64,000 nucleotides of DNA. It comes from Eledone cirrhosa (Eukaryota). The notes under the pieces are model-generated. The model was not told the DNA's origin. It worked only from the letters and a program-made list of their open reading frames with translations, and searched no databases. The stretch spans positions 177,382,001-177,446,000 of the forward strand of contig OZ024741.1 of the NCBI GenBank assembly GCA_964016885.1, read 5' to 3'. The translations under genes and the position numbers were made by a program. Shown in pieces: positions 41,697-55,672 of this stretch (the first letter of the stretch is position 1; each line of letters starts with the position of its first letter).

Positions 41697-42040
41697 AATA
41701 CATGGAGGAACGGTTAAACCTTCATTGCGTTTATTGATTGGTGACGCACGTTTCTCTATTGATCAGCTCAAGGTTCGATTCCGTCATTACTATAACAGAT
41801 GTCTGACAAGCTTTTGATTCCAGAGTCAGGCCAGATCAATACAGATCGAACATTGAGCTGATCAATAGCGAAACGTGCGTCACCAATCAATAAGCATCAT
41901 TAAGGCTTAACCAATCGTCCTTGTATTATTATTATATTACACACTGTATAGCTCTACACCTTGCCACTGACATGAACCTAAACATCGCATGCTCACCTTG
42001 GTGAACCTACAGTAAATTAATGATACACTCACTGGGTTTA
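41697..42040 (+). mobile_element. Fold-back mini-element with decayed hammerhead (41798-41887)
   Basis: Arms ~41697-41779 and ~41845-41930; CTGACAA-gcttttgat...atcaatagc-GAAA-cgtgcg-TC-acc. Confidence 0.75.
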
Positions 42041-42522
42041 TATATATATATTATATATGTGGATATTCATGATTCGGCATTCGTAGTAATTCAACATCCC
42101 CGTTTATCCGGATCAGACTTACATTAAATCACGTAACTAAGGATTTCAATTGCTGCGTTTTAGACTGTCCACTGTGTAGCGTCTAGTAGTGCTACAGAGA
42201 GAGAGTAGTAAACAGCAGGTGCCATTGTCCTTATATCTGCTGCCTGTTCTTATGTTCTTATTATTATGTGCTGCTATCTACCAACCTATTTTAACTGATT
42301 CTTAAATGGCCGTTACAAACCCAATCGTAATAAACTAGGCATTCTTCTTGCTCATTGAGTCTCATTGATTTTATATCCACTTTCGCTTGTAGAAAGCACA
42401 ACACGTGAGACGGCACACTTACTAAGATTGTCAGGACTCGATTGCGGAAAATAATTTAATGACATGACACAAATATGTATATACCAGTTTTTAAATATAA
42501 ATGACAAAAAAGGAAGGTAAAG

Positions 42523-42613
42523 AGAAGAAGAAGAAGAAGAAGAAGAAGAAGAAGAAGAAGAAGAAGAAGAAGAAGAAGAAGAAGAAGAAGAAGAAGAAGA
42601 AGAAGAAGAAGAA
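42523..42613. repeat. (GAA)n microsatellite
   Basis: Pure GAA run. Confidence 0.98.
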
Positions 42614-45368
42614 TATAACTGATTTTTAATGAGGATTATGATGATGAATTAGTGTCTGACATTTGTAGCTACTTGAGTGCAACATATGGCTTTATCGAGA
42701 TGCTTCAGCTGCTATCATAGTATTTCAACATTAAAATAATATGTGTTCATATTAGTTCAGGTTTAAGTTGTTCTATACTATATATAAAGTTCCATATTTA
42801 AACTTTCTTAGCAATAAAACTTAGATCATTAAAGCAAATATAATATTTCTTTGCTGTTGTTGTTGATTTTATTGTTGAAGTGTATTATTGTTTTTGTAGC
42901 TACCGTTCTATTATATTAGTTACAGCCTACAGATATCAAAGTAATACGTTTAGAAGTGAGAGTAAATATTGTAATAGAACTGTTTTAAATATATTTCCCT
43001 TTGAGAGATTTGTGTTTCAGATCTATCAACTAGACACTTGCAGTGTCTTCTGACAACTAACGCATCTACAAACGATTGTATTGTTGTGTGTGTGTGTGTG
43101 TATGTGTGTCTGTATGTATGCGTGTATGTGTTGTCTATGTGTATACATAATTTTTTAACAATATTCCAATTTCGGATTAGTGTGTGGTCTACTACAACTG
43201 CTAGATTCAACTCACGTTAAATATTTACAAAATGTTATGAAAACGTCGCTTAGCCTTCAATGTTTGTTGTTTGGTTGGCATGACACAATGTAGCTCTGTT
43301 GAGTCTAGCACCGACAAGCTTCAGAACATCATATCAGCTCAATCCCTACACGGACCTCAGAGATGATACATTTGAGTTACGGTAAAAGTCAATATGATGA
43401 CTTATGGCGAGGCAAGATGCTTACATTTTGATCTTTCAATTACATCGAGAGCATTGGTAGAAGATAGGATGCAGAGACGTTCTGATCTAGTGAATATGAT
43501 TGACACACTTCAAATTATCGATGGATAGTGTACACTCATCCTACCGGGGAAATAAATCATCGGCACCAACCATATCTTTTCACTGTATGGTGCGCTTTAC
43601 CATCTTCCTACGGGACCCCATTTTCAACATAATCAAACCGACCATCCATCGCTTCATCGAACATACATAGCAACGTAAGTCTCGACGACACCAGCTGGCA
43701 ACCCAACTTCAGGGTTGAAGATTGACTAATTGTTTCTCAGTAGACATGTTGCCACCGCAACTTCTATGTCATCAAATCAATTCGAACTGCGACCGCGTGT
43801 AGAACGCGTTTTCCAAAATCTTAATTGCATCCGAGGTGTAATCAGAGAAGTATGTCTCAACTCGATGCCCTGTTCTTTAACAGGTACTCCGCCTAATGAT
43901 TAGAGCACCTGTATTTGAGTGACACGCCATCATATCTTCCATGTGTGTGAACTATACGAATGCTGTTGTGAAGCCATGATATGACGTGTTCGGAATATTT
44001 AAGGTCCTTTGTGTTATTTCAACGGGCTCAGGAGAAGGAACCCTGTCGTGGCCGGTCTCCAATTGCTATTAGTGCGTGTATTAACGTAGTGACGGGAAGC
44101 GAACAAACGTGATAACCCTCTTCAGTTCAAGGGGGATAAATCCCAAATCTTAATCATGTGACACGCTACCTGGTACCAATCACATCGCTTCGGACACAAA
44201 TACGAGAACTTCTGTCTGTAACGCCTCAGAACAGAATATAATACCGGGATTTGACAGAATGCCTTCTTTTCGTGCCCGATGATGTGGGGATCAACGATGT
44301 ACTCAGTTTTCAAACTGTCGTTTTCTCTCGAGAGGACTTCGTCCTGCATATACAGTAACCGATGCAACGGGTGCTCCTGACTCTTTTGCTTGGGCTAATG
44401 TGTTCACCATCAGCTGAGATATTCCGACCAATAAGAGTGTAGAGTTAGCTCTCTGGCGTTGACCTTGTTGTTGGTGTTTACTTTGGCTTCACCCTCTTCA
44501 ATTTTCTTTTTTCAATCTTTCTGTTTTATATCTCAATCTATTTTATAAGGCTTTAACCATCCATGCCGTCATTTTGTATACACTGTTTACTTGGGTGTGA
44601 ATTTCGCACTATGTCCGAGGTTTTTACAGTTGTGTATAATGTAAAGAGAAACGGTCGTGGAATTTAAATTCTAACAGCTGTGAACTTTCCCCATCATTGC
44701 TCTATATAAATACCTTGATAATCATTCTGATAGCCATTGTTTTAAGGGTGGTGAAAATCTTGTATCATAATCATGTTAACGTAAGATAATCAACCTTCAA
44801 AGATATCTAAGGTCTAATTGTAATTCAATAAGAATTCTATACATTGCAAAAACATCACACAGATCTATGTACATTGAAACAACACGAGCTGTTGTTTCTA
44901 TTATAGTTTATCTTACACAGTGCTTGCGGAAGCAGATGCCATAATTTCCCCTCTTTCTTGGAGACAAAATATCATTTGATATCATATTCACACATACATA
45001 CAACACATTAATAAATAAAAGTATACCTACATACACGCATGTGTGTGCGTGCCAGCCTGCATGAGAGCACGTGTGTGTCGTTATGTATGTGTTTCGATAA
45101 AGGTATACATTAAAGGTATAAATAAATGTGGATAACTCGATATTTGCTTCTAATTCTTCTTTTAGGTATAATTTTATCTGCATTCATTTAGTGCATTTGT
45201 AAAGCGAATATATATATACACACACACACACACATATATATATATAAATATATATATGTGTGTTGGTGTGAGTGGATACGTCTGTGTGTGTGTGTGCGTG
45301 TGCGTGTGCTTGTATGTGTATTTGCATGTATATATGCATGGTGTATCTGGCTATATATATATATATAT

Positions 45369-45488
<120 letters not shown>

Positions 45489-46650
45489 ACTAGGGGTGCT
45501 CCAAACATTCGTGATATGAAAGATGTGTGCCATAAGAAGTTCGTGTCATAGTAAAATGTATTATGTACAATACGCAAAAACAAAGAACCGATAGGTACAT
45601 CACCATGTACACAGGTAAAACATATTTACTTAAAGGTTATACAATGTTATTCATGACACAATAATTAATGTTTAATGATAAAAAATCTCAAAATAAAGAA
45701 TCGTAGTTAACTTATATTATAACCTGGATGAGACAATACTTGAAATGTAGTATGTTTTCGAAACTGTTATGGCAGTGACGCAGAGTATTCACGAAATATT
45801 TGAAATTCAAATAACTAATTTAGTGTATATCATGAATCACTAGGCCTGTTGAAACGTGCAATGGACGTTTTCCAACTTCCACAACAGACGGAAACACTGA
45901 AATATGAAAAAAAGCCTACTTGAAGCGAGGCCAAATGCGACAACAGTATATATTGCATTTAGGTAAGAAAATATCAAAGGTTACTTTCAGTAATTACTTC
46001 ATGAATATCTAAATATGGGTATGATTATTTTTTAATATACCCTGCTTCCTTTGGCAAATGTTAATCTACAAAAAGAAAAAAAAGATTTGCTGTGTAATTT
46101 GACAGTGTTCTATAGAAGTGGTATGATATGGAATTATTGTTTGATACAGCAAAGAAATTTCATTCAGTGCTTTTCAAAAACAAGAACCTAATCATGAGAA
46201 TGTTAATTCAACAAATATATTGACATGTATATTTTTTCTCTTAGTTGCTAGATGTGTCATACATACCGAATCATTCAATGCTTGCACGTAATGTGATAAC
46301 AATTAACTATTTAGTAACCAACATTCGACGGAAACAAAGAGGACAATTATCAATTAAATAGTATTTTCTCTCACAAGTACAAGATAGTCAAATCACATCT
46401 TTAGTATTTTTACCCAATCTGTTCGTTAATAAGACGTCATAATTCATTCACAATGATCTGTCATTGCACCTCACGGCATTAAGCTACCTCCATATCTCAA
46501 AAGAATTTTCAAAGAATTACAGGAATTCAAGGAGTAATTGAAATAATTGAAATCAGTGGAGTTAGAATTCATCACAGCAGCACTTTATTGTTGCTATTAA
46601 TGGGCACACAAATTACTAATAAATAATAGTGTAATAATGCTTTCTTTTGT

Positions 46651-46842
46651 AATAATTGTTTCTACTTTTGGCACAAGGCCAGCAAACACCCAGTACACTA
46701 CTGGTACTTTATTTTATCGACCCCGTAAGAATGAGAGGCAAAGTTAATCTCGGTGGGATTTGAATTCAGAATGGCAAGGCCGTAACTCTATGCGTCAAAG
46801 CATGGCGTCCGACCCTCTACCGATACTGCCAATCCACCGCCC
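46651..46842 (-). mobile_element. tRNA-derived SINE
   Basis: Full-length match to 28721 and 59770 copies, head ggcggtggattggcagtatcgg. Confidence 0.88.
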
Positions 46843-47946
46843 ATGATTGATTAAATAATGTCATGTAATGAACTGGCAATATTTAATTTACTAACCATTA
46901 GATATCCTTACCAAAGTTATGAATCAATATTAATTCTAAATAATTTTTCAAAATAGATATAATCCAATTCATGTTTAAAAAACAGAAAATATGCTAATAT
47001 ATATTTTCTTATTTCATACCCTTTCATCTAATGTTTCTTTTTTAGTTATAACATGTCAATAATGATGATGATTATAGCAATAATATTTTTCTTTTCGTTT
47101 TTCCATTCGGACAGAATTTCCTTAATATAAATATATTAGCTTTCTCGATGTAAAATTAAATTGAAAAATCATTATTATTTCATTGTTAATGTTGGAGAAA
47201 TTTATTTTTTCTGTTTGCTTTTTGTATTATTTCCAAAAAATTCTTTAACAACATGGTAAATTCTTCAATAATTATTTTCTGAAGAATTATTTTCTCTTGG
47301 TTTGGAAAAAAGCAATTTTATTCATGACTTATAAATTTCTTTCTATTCAATATGATAAATTAAATTAGAATCTGATGGAAGATAATAACACTGTCAGGAA
47401 TCGGGTGGCAAAAGTCCATTTCTCGCATTCCCCTGACTTTCGTCTTTATTTGATTGTAATAAAGAATAGTATTAAACTTAAGAGAAAAAAATACAGAAAG
47501 AAGACAGAATAAATGAAATAAATAGAGAGAAAATGAAAGGAAGAACGCGAAGAAAACTAAATAAATATAGAAAGAAAGAACGAAAGAAGGAATGAAAGAA
47601 ACAACGAAACTAACAAACAAACAAAAAAAATAAAACAAGAAAACCAAGCATTTATTTCATTAATACTGAAATCATTATTAAGAAAATAAAAATACAATAA
47701 ATGCAGCTGTGAAGATGAGTCACAAATGCATTTGTTTGTAGGAAATAACAGTGAATACTGTATTTTGTAATGAAAGAAATGACATCTATTCCTCCATGTC
47801 TTCATGCAGTGTATATAGTAAGGTAGAGTCATATTTGGCAATGATAATGTGCTGTGTATCAAAAGCAGATATTTACGATGTCGGAGCTATAAATATAATA
47901 TATATATATATTTATATATATATGTATATATCTATCTATCTATCTA

Positions 47947-48035
<89 letters not shown>

Positions 48036-48049
48036 GCATATATATATAC

Positions 48050-48084
<35 letters not shown>

Positions 48085-49034
48085 AAATTAATCGGTCGTT
48101 CTAACACTCACTCAATAATCTAATTAAGTCCGTATTATTAAAATTGAAACTCAAATGATTAGAGTGCACACACACACGTTAATCGGTGAGGAAGGCGACT
48201 TCGTGTGGGTAACGTAAAAGTGAGACACCCTAATACGATCTGATGGCAGCGTCCACAGTGGAGCCAACATGTGCAGATAATTAGGTAATGTTATAGTATA
48301 CGTTACGTAATCTGGCGGGCAACCTCGTCATCTGCGGGAGTTCACCACCTTGTAATGGAAAATTCCATATGGTGTGCTAGTACATGCCATTGCTGGTCGA
48401 AGGTGAATGTAGATGTCAACTTCTAGAGACGCGTAACGTCATATCAACGAGGAGATATGAATATGAAAAGAAACATTCATTTCCGTAGTAATAAAACATC
48501 CATCCAGGTTGCAGGAGTAAAATGCCAAATGTGTCGTGTAGTAGGATAGAAGAAGGAAATACGAGGGAGGAAGCGAAATTCTTTAGCAGCACTAACATGT
48601 TTGATCTGTAAATGAATAGCTATCAATATTGTAGGATGAATTTTGGACTTTTGATATGTAGTTAGTTGTTCTTCTATATTAAAACGCATAACTGTCATTC
48701 CCATGTTAATATATTTTAGTTATAAACTAATAAACAAGTTTCTTACAGCCAAATAAGAGTTCAGAAATAAAGTCGCAATAAATAAATATTTAAAAAGATA
48801 TATATATTTTTCGTTTAATTATTTAATCAAATGAAAACCAAATAATAGTATTTATTCTCTAGTAACATTATTCTATTTTACTGAAATAGTTTACTTTCAT
48901 TAACGAAAATTATCCGGATAGAACGAATAATAATGAATTATTTATTATTGTAGTTGTAGTGTGTTTTTAAATTCATTTCTTTAATACTATTGCTGATAAT
49001 AATAATCAAAAGGAATTTGTATACAAATAATAAT

Positions 49035-49920
49035 AGCAGAAACCTCTGTATGGCAAATATATGGCCCGTAGCAAACAAGCTGATGTTGACGAAATGCACA
49101 CACATCAGTGGCTACATAGCTCAGGGCTAAACGTGGAGAGCGATGTCTTTAGCTTAGCTGCCCAACATCAAAGCTTATTGACCAGGCCAATGTGATGAGA
49201 AATGGAGTAAATCCAAAGTGCCGATTCTGCAATGTTGATTTTGAAACAGTGGACCACCTACTTTCTGGATGTAAAGTTTTAGCCCCAGTAGAGTACAGAG
49301 ATAGACATGACAAAGTTGGCCAATATCTGCACTGAGTAATATGTCGGCATTATAAAATCAAAGCTGCTGACAAGTTGTATAATCATTAATCTGAGGCTGT
49401 AACTAAAGGAGAAAAAGTGACAGTTCTTTGGGACTTTCCTGTACATACTGACCGGACCATAACAGCTAATAGACCAGATATCATTGTAAAAGGCCAACAT
49501 AGCAAGGTTTGTTTACTGATTGATATGAGCATCCCATGTGATCACAATATAGCGGCAAAAGAATTCGACAAAGCCGTTATCAGTGATTGTGGGAACACTG
49601 GGAATAATCAAGAAAGAAACAAAACAGTATTTGCGAATGATTCCTGGTTTACTCTCTTTGCAAGAGGTGCAAAAACTGTTTTGACTGGTACTGCACACGT
49701 ATTGAGAAGAGCACTATCTTTCTTAGAATGATACCCCCCCCCCCTTGTGTGATTGTGTGTGTGTGTGTATGTACCTCTGTAATGATGCTAAGCTGTAAAT
49801 TATATTCAATGTGGTGTGTTAACTGGCTTATGAATGTATACAGTGAATTTATTTGCCCTGGGTGTCAGGAAGACACTCGGCATATATCAGTGACCATACT
49901 GAAGGAAAAGGAAAAACAAT
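49035..49920 (+). mobile_element. R4/Dong-like RLE non-LTR element, 3' fragment, in (TAA)n
   Basis: KPLYGKY..WLHSSGL..AAQHQSLLTR, CRFC..ETVDHLLSGC..RHDKV, WDFPVHTDRTITANRPDII..CLLIDMSIP; (TAA)n on both sides; stops and frameshifts. Confidence 0.85.
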
Positions 49921-52599
49921 ATTAATAATAATAATAACAATGATAATAATCTTGACCAATAGCTCTAGCATAATCATAAGTTTATTTCAATTTTTGAAAC
50001 TTTAGACTGTAAAATGTTATTTAATATTGTATTCAATGTTATATTCAATTTTATCTTATTTTATTTTATTTCATTCTTTTCTACCATATGATTTGGTCTT
50101 GCCTCTCTTACCTCTCTTACTTCTCATTCCTCTCTCACTCACACTAGCTTCTCTTTCTAGGCTGTTGAGCTCCCATTCTCGCTCTCTCTCCCACTACTAT
50201 TTGTGCCTGTTGTTTTTGTTTATATTTACCTACAATACTTCCATAATCAGCACCTATCTGGACTGAACTCGGACAAATTACCATTCACCCCTTCAACTCC
50301 ACCACTCATCTCTGGTAGACTGATGAGATAACATCTAAGATAGTAGCAAACTCTCCCTATGACCAAAGAAATAATATGGTAGCCCATCCACAGGGAAGGG
50401 AATGAAGCATCTCATTATAAGTGGAATGCTACTGAAATCATCAACCCAAGACTACAAAGAATAGCAGCAATAGCTATTGTAATGGTGATAGTAGGTTTAA
50501 TAATGATGATGATGGCGCCAATGATTGATTTACTGACGACAAAGTGTTTACACGAAGAAAATATTAAGGAGAGCGCTAATATTAATACCCCTGGCACACG
50601 GCGGGGAATAGCTGTGTATTATGGGCAGGAGGAGCTCACTAAACTTCGTGGAAAATGGTCTTAGATTTGGTATTTTGAACAAAATTATTCTTGGTGGTGA
50701 AGGATAAAACGCATAAAGAAGCAAACAAGCCCCGCAATGTCTACAGATAAAAACGTAGCGGATCGGTCGTCACACGGGTCATTACGGACCACTCCGCTCA
50801 GGTAGGAATCAGCCCACGGACGAAATGTCTTCAGCAAAAACGAGCTTTTTTCCAAATACGAACTTGAATAGAGATTTCAAATCTAAAATAACAATCTCAG
50901 GAAAAAATCCCATCATATCAGCTAATCCCACATTTTTTTAGACAATACAGTACATTTCTTTCACTGTTTTCAAATCTTGTACTTGATACGCACTAATTCC
51001 TTTATTTAAATCAACCGAAACGACACACCAGAAATTTATCAGTTATTAGTTAATGAGATATTTCCCTTGGTTGACATTCGCATCATGAGATTGTTCTGTA
51101 CTCTATATTGTTTTCCAGAGTCCTTCAATTTCATAAATTAAGGGAGGGTCCTTCATTTGAATTATCAGTATCTCAATTTCCCTATAAAATCTTTTGGCAT
51201 CTGACATAAACAGCGTAATTTTCATGTAAAACCTATTTCGTTTTTCAAATCTTCTGATTCATTCAGCTTTAATCTACACATTCTGTTTCGGAGTTTCTTT
51301 GATTGATGGAATATCAGGTATTGAAGTTACTTTGTATTTCATAATCACTGTCCTTCCTTCTCATGAATTGACAAATTTTCCAGAACATATTTCATCCAAG
51401 ATCGATAATTTTCCCACCATCATTTCGATTTCTTTTTCAATTTTCATCCCCCAGCATGTTATTTTTTTTTACTGTTGTGTCCTTTTCGCTTTTTCTAAAC
51501 CCATATTTCCTTTCTACTACAGTTGCTGCTGTTAAATAACTTCATTTAGTTCTGACATATCAGGCACCATCTCTTCAATTATTACTTTAACAGCCTCATT
51601 TCCCGTTCTTATGTGTCTTTTTTTCTGGTTGTTTCTTGTAAATTATTTGCAAGGACTCTCTTTCACAAATACCAATGTTAAAAAAAATATTTTCTCGAGT
51701 TCATTGAGAATTCCTTGTTTCTTCTACCTGATTTTTATGTTCATATGTAGAAATATATTCATCTATATTGAAGATCCCTCTGTCTTTCAACTTGACTCAG
51801 CTTCCGATACCCTCAATGTTCCGTGAAATCACTCCTGGTAAAAACATAGTCACGGCGTTCACTGATTAATCCTCTGTGATATTCATTAATATGGCTTTCT
51901 AATATTGGTATTTTAAAATCGTTTTCAACATTTTTCTTAATTTTATTTCACTCTGCATCTGTTAGTTTCTTGTTTCAAAGATTATCTCTTCTCACATTTA
52001 CAACTTTGTTTTCGTCCATGTTTGGTCTTCTTGGATTTCTCTACCTCCATACTCTAGAAGAATGTACTGTGTATTGTGATTCCGTAGGCTTCCAAGTACG
52101 TAAACCTCGGGGGCGGACCATACAAACCAGACTATTTACCCCTCATGCAGCCTGCCATTGCCTTCCGTATGGACCTCTCAATGCCTTCAGCCTCCGTCGC
52201 CGATGGTTGTGGCAGGCCGTCGAGGTACGGACTGAAGTCCATTCTGCAATTCGCGCCGCCACTCTTGCCGAACATTTGAGCGAGATCCTTCTAAAAAGCC
52301 GCACACATCTACTTCGGATCGACTAACATACGCCCGTCATGATGCGGCAAGACCGGATCGTGTTACACCTCCATCACCTGGGAGATTAAACGGCTTTCGC
52401 CCCTCTTTTCTTACTGCACGCGCCCTAGCTTTGACAATGCAGCCTTCGTGCTTAGCGTGGAAGACCTTGGTCGAGAGCTACTCTCGCTGCATTCACGTTG
52501 CTCGCGATGCCTTTCCTAAGCGGCTCATTAAGCTTCCTAACTAGTCCCCCCCCCCCGTCAATACCCGCTTAACTAATTCGCCAATCAGGTCGTTGTAGG

Positions 52600-53200
52600 C
52601 TTTTCGCAGAAGAAGTGAGGCTTTCCGCTTCCAATGGCTTGGCCCCCTATATATGAAACCTATTTATGTAGACCAGGCATATCACTAATTGTGGGGCTGT
52701 GTAGCTGACCACCTTGAACTTTGAACATGCTATGCTAGACCCATAATTATGTCTACAAAATACACTACCTAGATACTATCTGGAGGACCTGATATGGTTT
52801 TTCCATGTCCATATAGGCACATTCGAGAAATTTATATGGTACCTGTCAGACAGTTGGAAAGGTTCTAGCACGTTTCCGTGGCTCTTACACCCTCCTCCCC
52901 TATCCGATAGTCCCACACATTCTCAGCGTGCATCCAAATCCCGTACGTGACGTTCCTCGGAAATCAGACTATCCTGCCCTTCTCCGTTGGTCATTTGCAG
53001 CACCACCAATGTACCTTCTGGGTACAAGAAGATGGCCTTTACTTCAGGATTCAGACCTCTCCAAAACAACACTGCTACTCCACCTTCAGATCCCGGATGG
53101 CTTGGTTATACGTACCGCCCCTAGCCGCCGAAATCTTTTGTGAATGTTTGTTCCTCGGATATTGTGTGCTTGTTGATGATCACTACATCCATGTTCAGCA
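52600..53200 (-). mobile_element. Possible decayed L1/Tx1 ORF1 relic
   Basis: GC-richer block with minus-strand INFSNVP and FIYRGQ remnants. Confidence 0.3.
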
Positions 53201-53644
53201 AACTTAGTCCGTTCATCAATTGGCATGGCTTCCAAGATGATGTCAGACCACCTGCATTTATATTGCCTATCTTGAGAGAGACCATGCTGTATAAGGTAGG
53301 AGAAAAGAAATGAGAGGGAAAAATTTAAACTTGACATTTCAGAGCAAGCATGGGTGATCCATCCCTCCGTTCGGTCGGTTGGCGGATTTCTGCATAAGAA
53401 TATCAGCATATATTGTTTTCGCGAGTCCTTCAATAGGCCCCAATTGCCTCGAGGAACTTTCTTGTTAGGTTTGTATATGACGTTTGGGATATTTTGTTTA
53501 AGTGTGACGGAGTGCAAATTTTGTGGGCTGTACGTAATTTGTTTCTGTATTGTTGGTGTTGTGCTGTATGTAATTTAGTAGTCTTTTTGTCGTCATACGT
53601 ATTGCTGTGCCTTGCACGTGGTGTGTTTGGGATACTGTTGATGT

Positions 53645-53885
53645 TTACGGTGTTTGCTGCGGTGTTGCTGGAGGTGGTGATGGGTTTGATGATGGTGATG
53701 ATGGTGTTGGTGGTGAATGTTTTGATTCTTTTTGTTTATTCGGGGAAGGTGGTGAATTTTTCTTTTTGTTTACTGCGGACCGACAGTTTTTCCACCACTT
53801 AACATCGCCAAATTCAGAGTCTGCATGTGTGATGTCGGAGGGGAACGTGTTTTCACTAGCGTTGGTGTTGCTGTTGAGAACTTTT
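53645..53885 (-). CDS. Candidate terminal coding exon (Ser/Pro-rich tail) of an unidentified gene
   Basis: Pyrimidine-rich tract plus ttttagcag acceptor at ~53886; open frame KVLNSNTNASENTFPSDITHADSEFGDVKWWKNC...PPPATPQQTP*; no partner exons identified. Confidence 0.25.
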
Positions 53886-54824
53886 CTGCTAAAACTTACA
53901 GAAAGATGTGTGCAAAATAAAACAAACATTATATTGACAGATTTCAGACGAAAATCATACCACCTCAACAATATGACTGGCCAAATCGATATAAATGTCT
54001 GTGTTTTGACCTACCAAACTTTGAAAATTTACGAACATCTTGAAAGATGATATGGAATCTAAATCCTCATGGGACTCTGAATTTCCTGCCAGGTTTTGAG
54101 ATTCTACAGTTATTTTGCACGTAACAAATTTAAACACCGACGTTTCGCGTTCTAAATTTATAAACAACATTTGGTATTAATATTGCAAATAATCAAATAT
54201 ACTCATCTGAAAGAATTCCCGGCTGGTTCAAATTAAACAGTTGTTTGAAAGATAACTAAATCGATTAGTTTCTATCTATAAAACATTTTATTTTGAAGCC
54301 AACATTTAATTTAAATGAAAGATAATATACGTTAATGCCTATGATGTTACAAAACATGAATTACAATTTTATATCAAACTACAATTAAGAGTTGAATTAA
54401 GAATTAAATAAATATTTTCTATATAGGCACGAACATATTTTAAAGGAATATACGGGGGTTTAACGAATATAATGACTGTATACCACCTAACCGTATATTG
54501 AAGAACTTAGCAAATTGGAAGCGATAATTGATATAGTAATATAAGTATATTGAAAGGAAACAGTGAAGACAGATTAAAAACATGACGATTTCTAATTATA
54601 TTTCTGGTAATATATATAACAGAATAAGGTGTAAATCATTATTTTAATTGATTTTAAAGAACACCGAAGGAAGTAAATTGATGAAATTCTATATCATGAT
54701 TACGGATATAAGATGATTTATTAGCATATTTTAAAGAAAAATGATTAATGCTTTTCTAAAGTAGACTTGACAGTATTAATTGCTTCACATCGCATATTTT
54801 TTGTATAAGTGTCCGAAATAAATG

Positions 54825-54869
<45 letters not shown>

Positions 54870-55488
54870 CTGTGTGTGTGTGTGTGCGTTTGTATGTGGT
54901 GTTTTGAATGTGTGAGTGAGTGTGTCTGATTATGTGTCGATATTGGTATGTAGGTTTATATGTACGTATGTGTCAACGTATATGTCTGTGTGTTTAGATA
55001 TCTGATATATTTGGAAGTATGATGCCAGTACGTCCAGAGCTGGACTATATTACATTGTCTCTTTGTATCGTGTAATAATGCATAGAGAAACTAAAAAGAT
55101 TAGATTCCTATTTAAGTCAATAGAAACTAGAATAACAATAACACATCTCAGAAATTGAGACATAATCATAAATACAAAGTCAACTTTGCATTTCATCCTT
55201 TTGAAATCGATAAAATGAAGTAACACGTTACTCCTATGTTCGATATAATCGAATTCCCCTTTTCGCCAAAATTGTACCACTATTAGAATTAATTCTTTCT
55301 GTGATGTCTCAAAATATGTAATAACTCTGTGGAATGTATTAAAATATTTAAATGCATGATAAACGTGTTAGCTAATGCATCTTGTTGTTGCTGTTACGGT
55401 ACAATATATAGATGTATTTCCTCTGTAACTTCAGATATATATGAATTATTTTTTCAATGTTTGGGGCACTGGATTGACAGATTAATTA

Positions 55489-55672
55489 GATTGGCAGTAT
55501 CGGTAGAGGGTCGGACGACATGCTCTGCAGCAACGAGTTACGGCCCTTTATGATCTGAGTTCAAATCCCGTCGAGGTTAACTTTGCCTTTCATCCGTACG
55601 GGGTCGATAAAATAAAGTACCAGTAATACACTTTGTAATTGCTAACCTTGTGCCAAAGTAGAAACAATTATT
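55489..55672 (+). mobile_element. tRNA-derived SINE
   Basis: ttggcagtatcggtagag...gagttcaaatccc...gataaaataaagtaccag...gtagaaacaatta. Confidence 0.88.

Noticed and set aside
43260-44520. GC-richer block, possible gag/ORF1 relic (also 50640-51600)
   Set aside because: No motif series convincing enough to assign
50314-50360. CTGATGA motif
   Set aside because: No GAAA, stem III or stem I partner
55489-55575. tRNA gene
   Set aside because: A/B boxes belong to the SINE head; no cloverleaf
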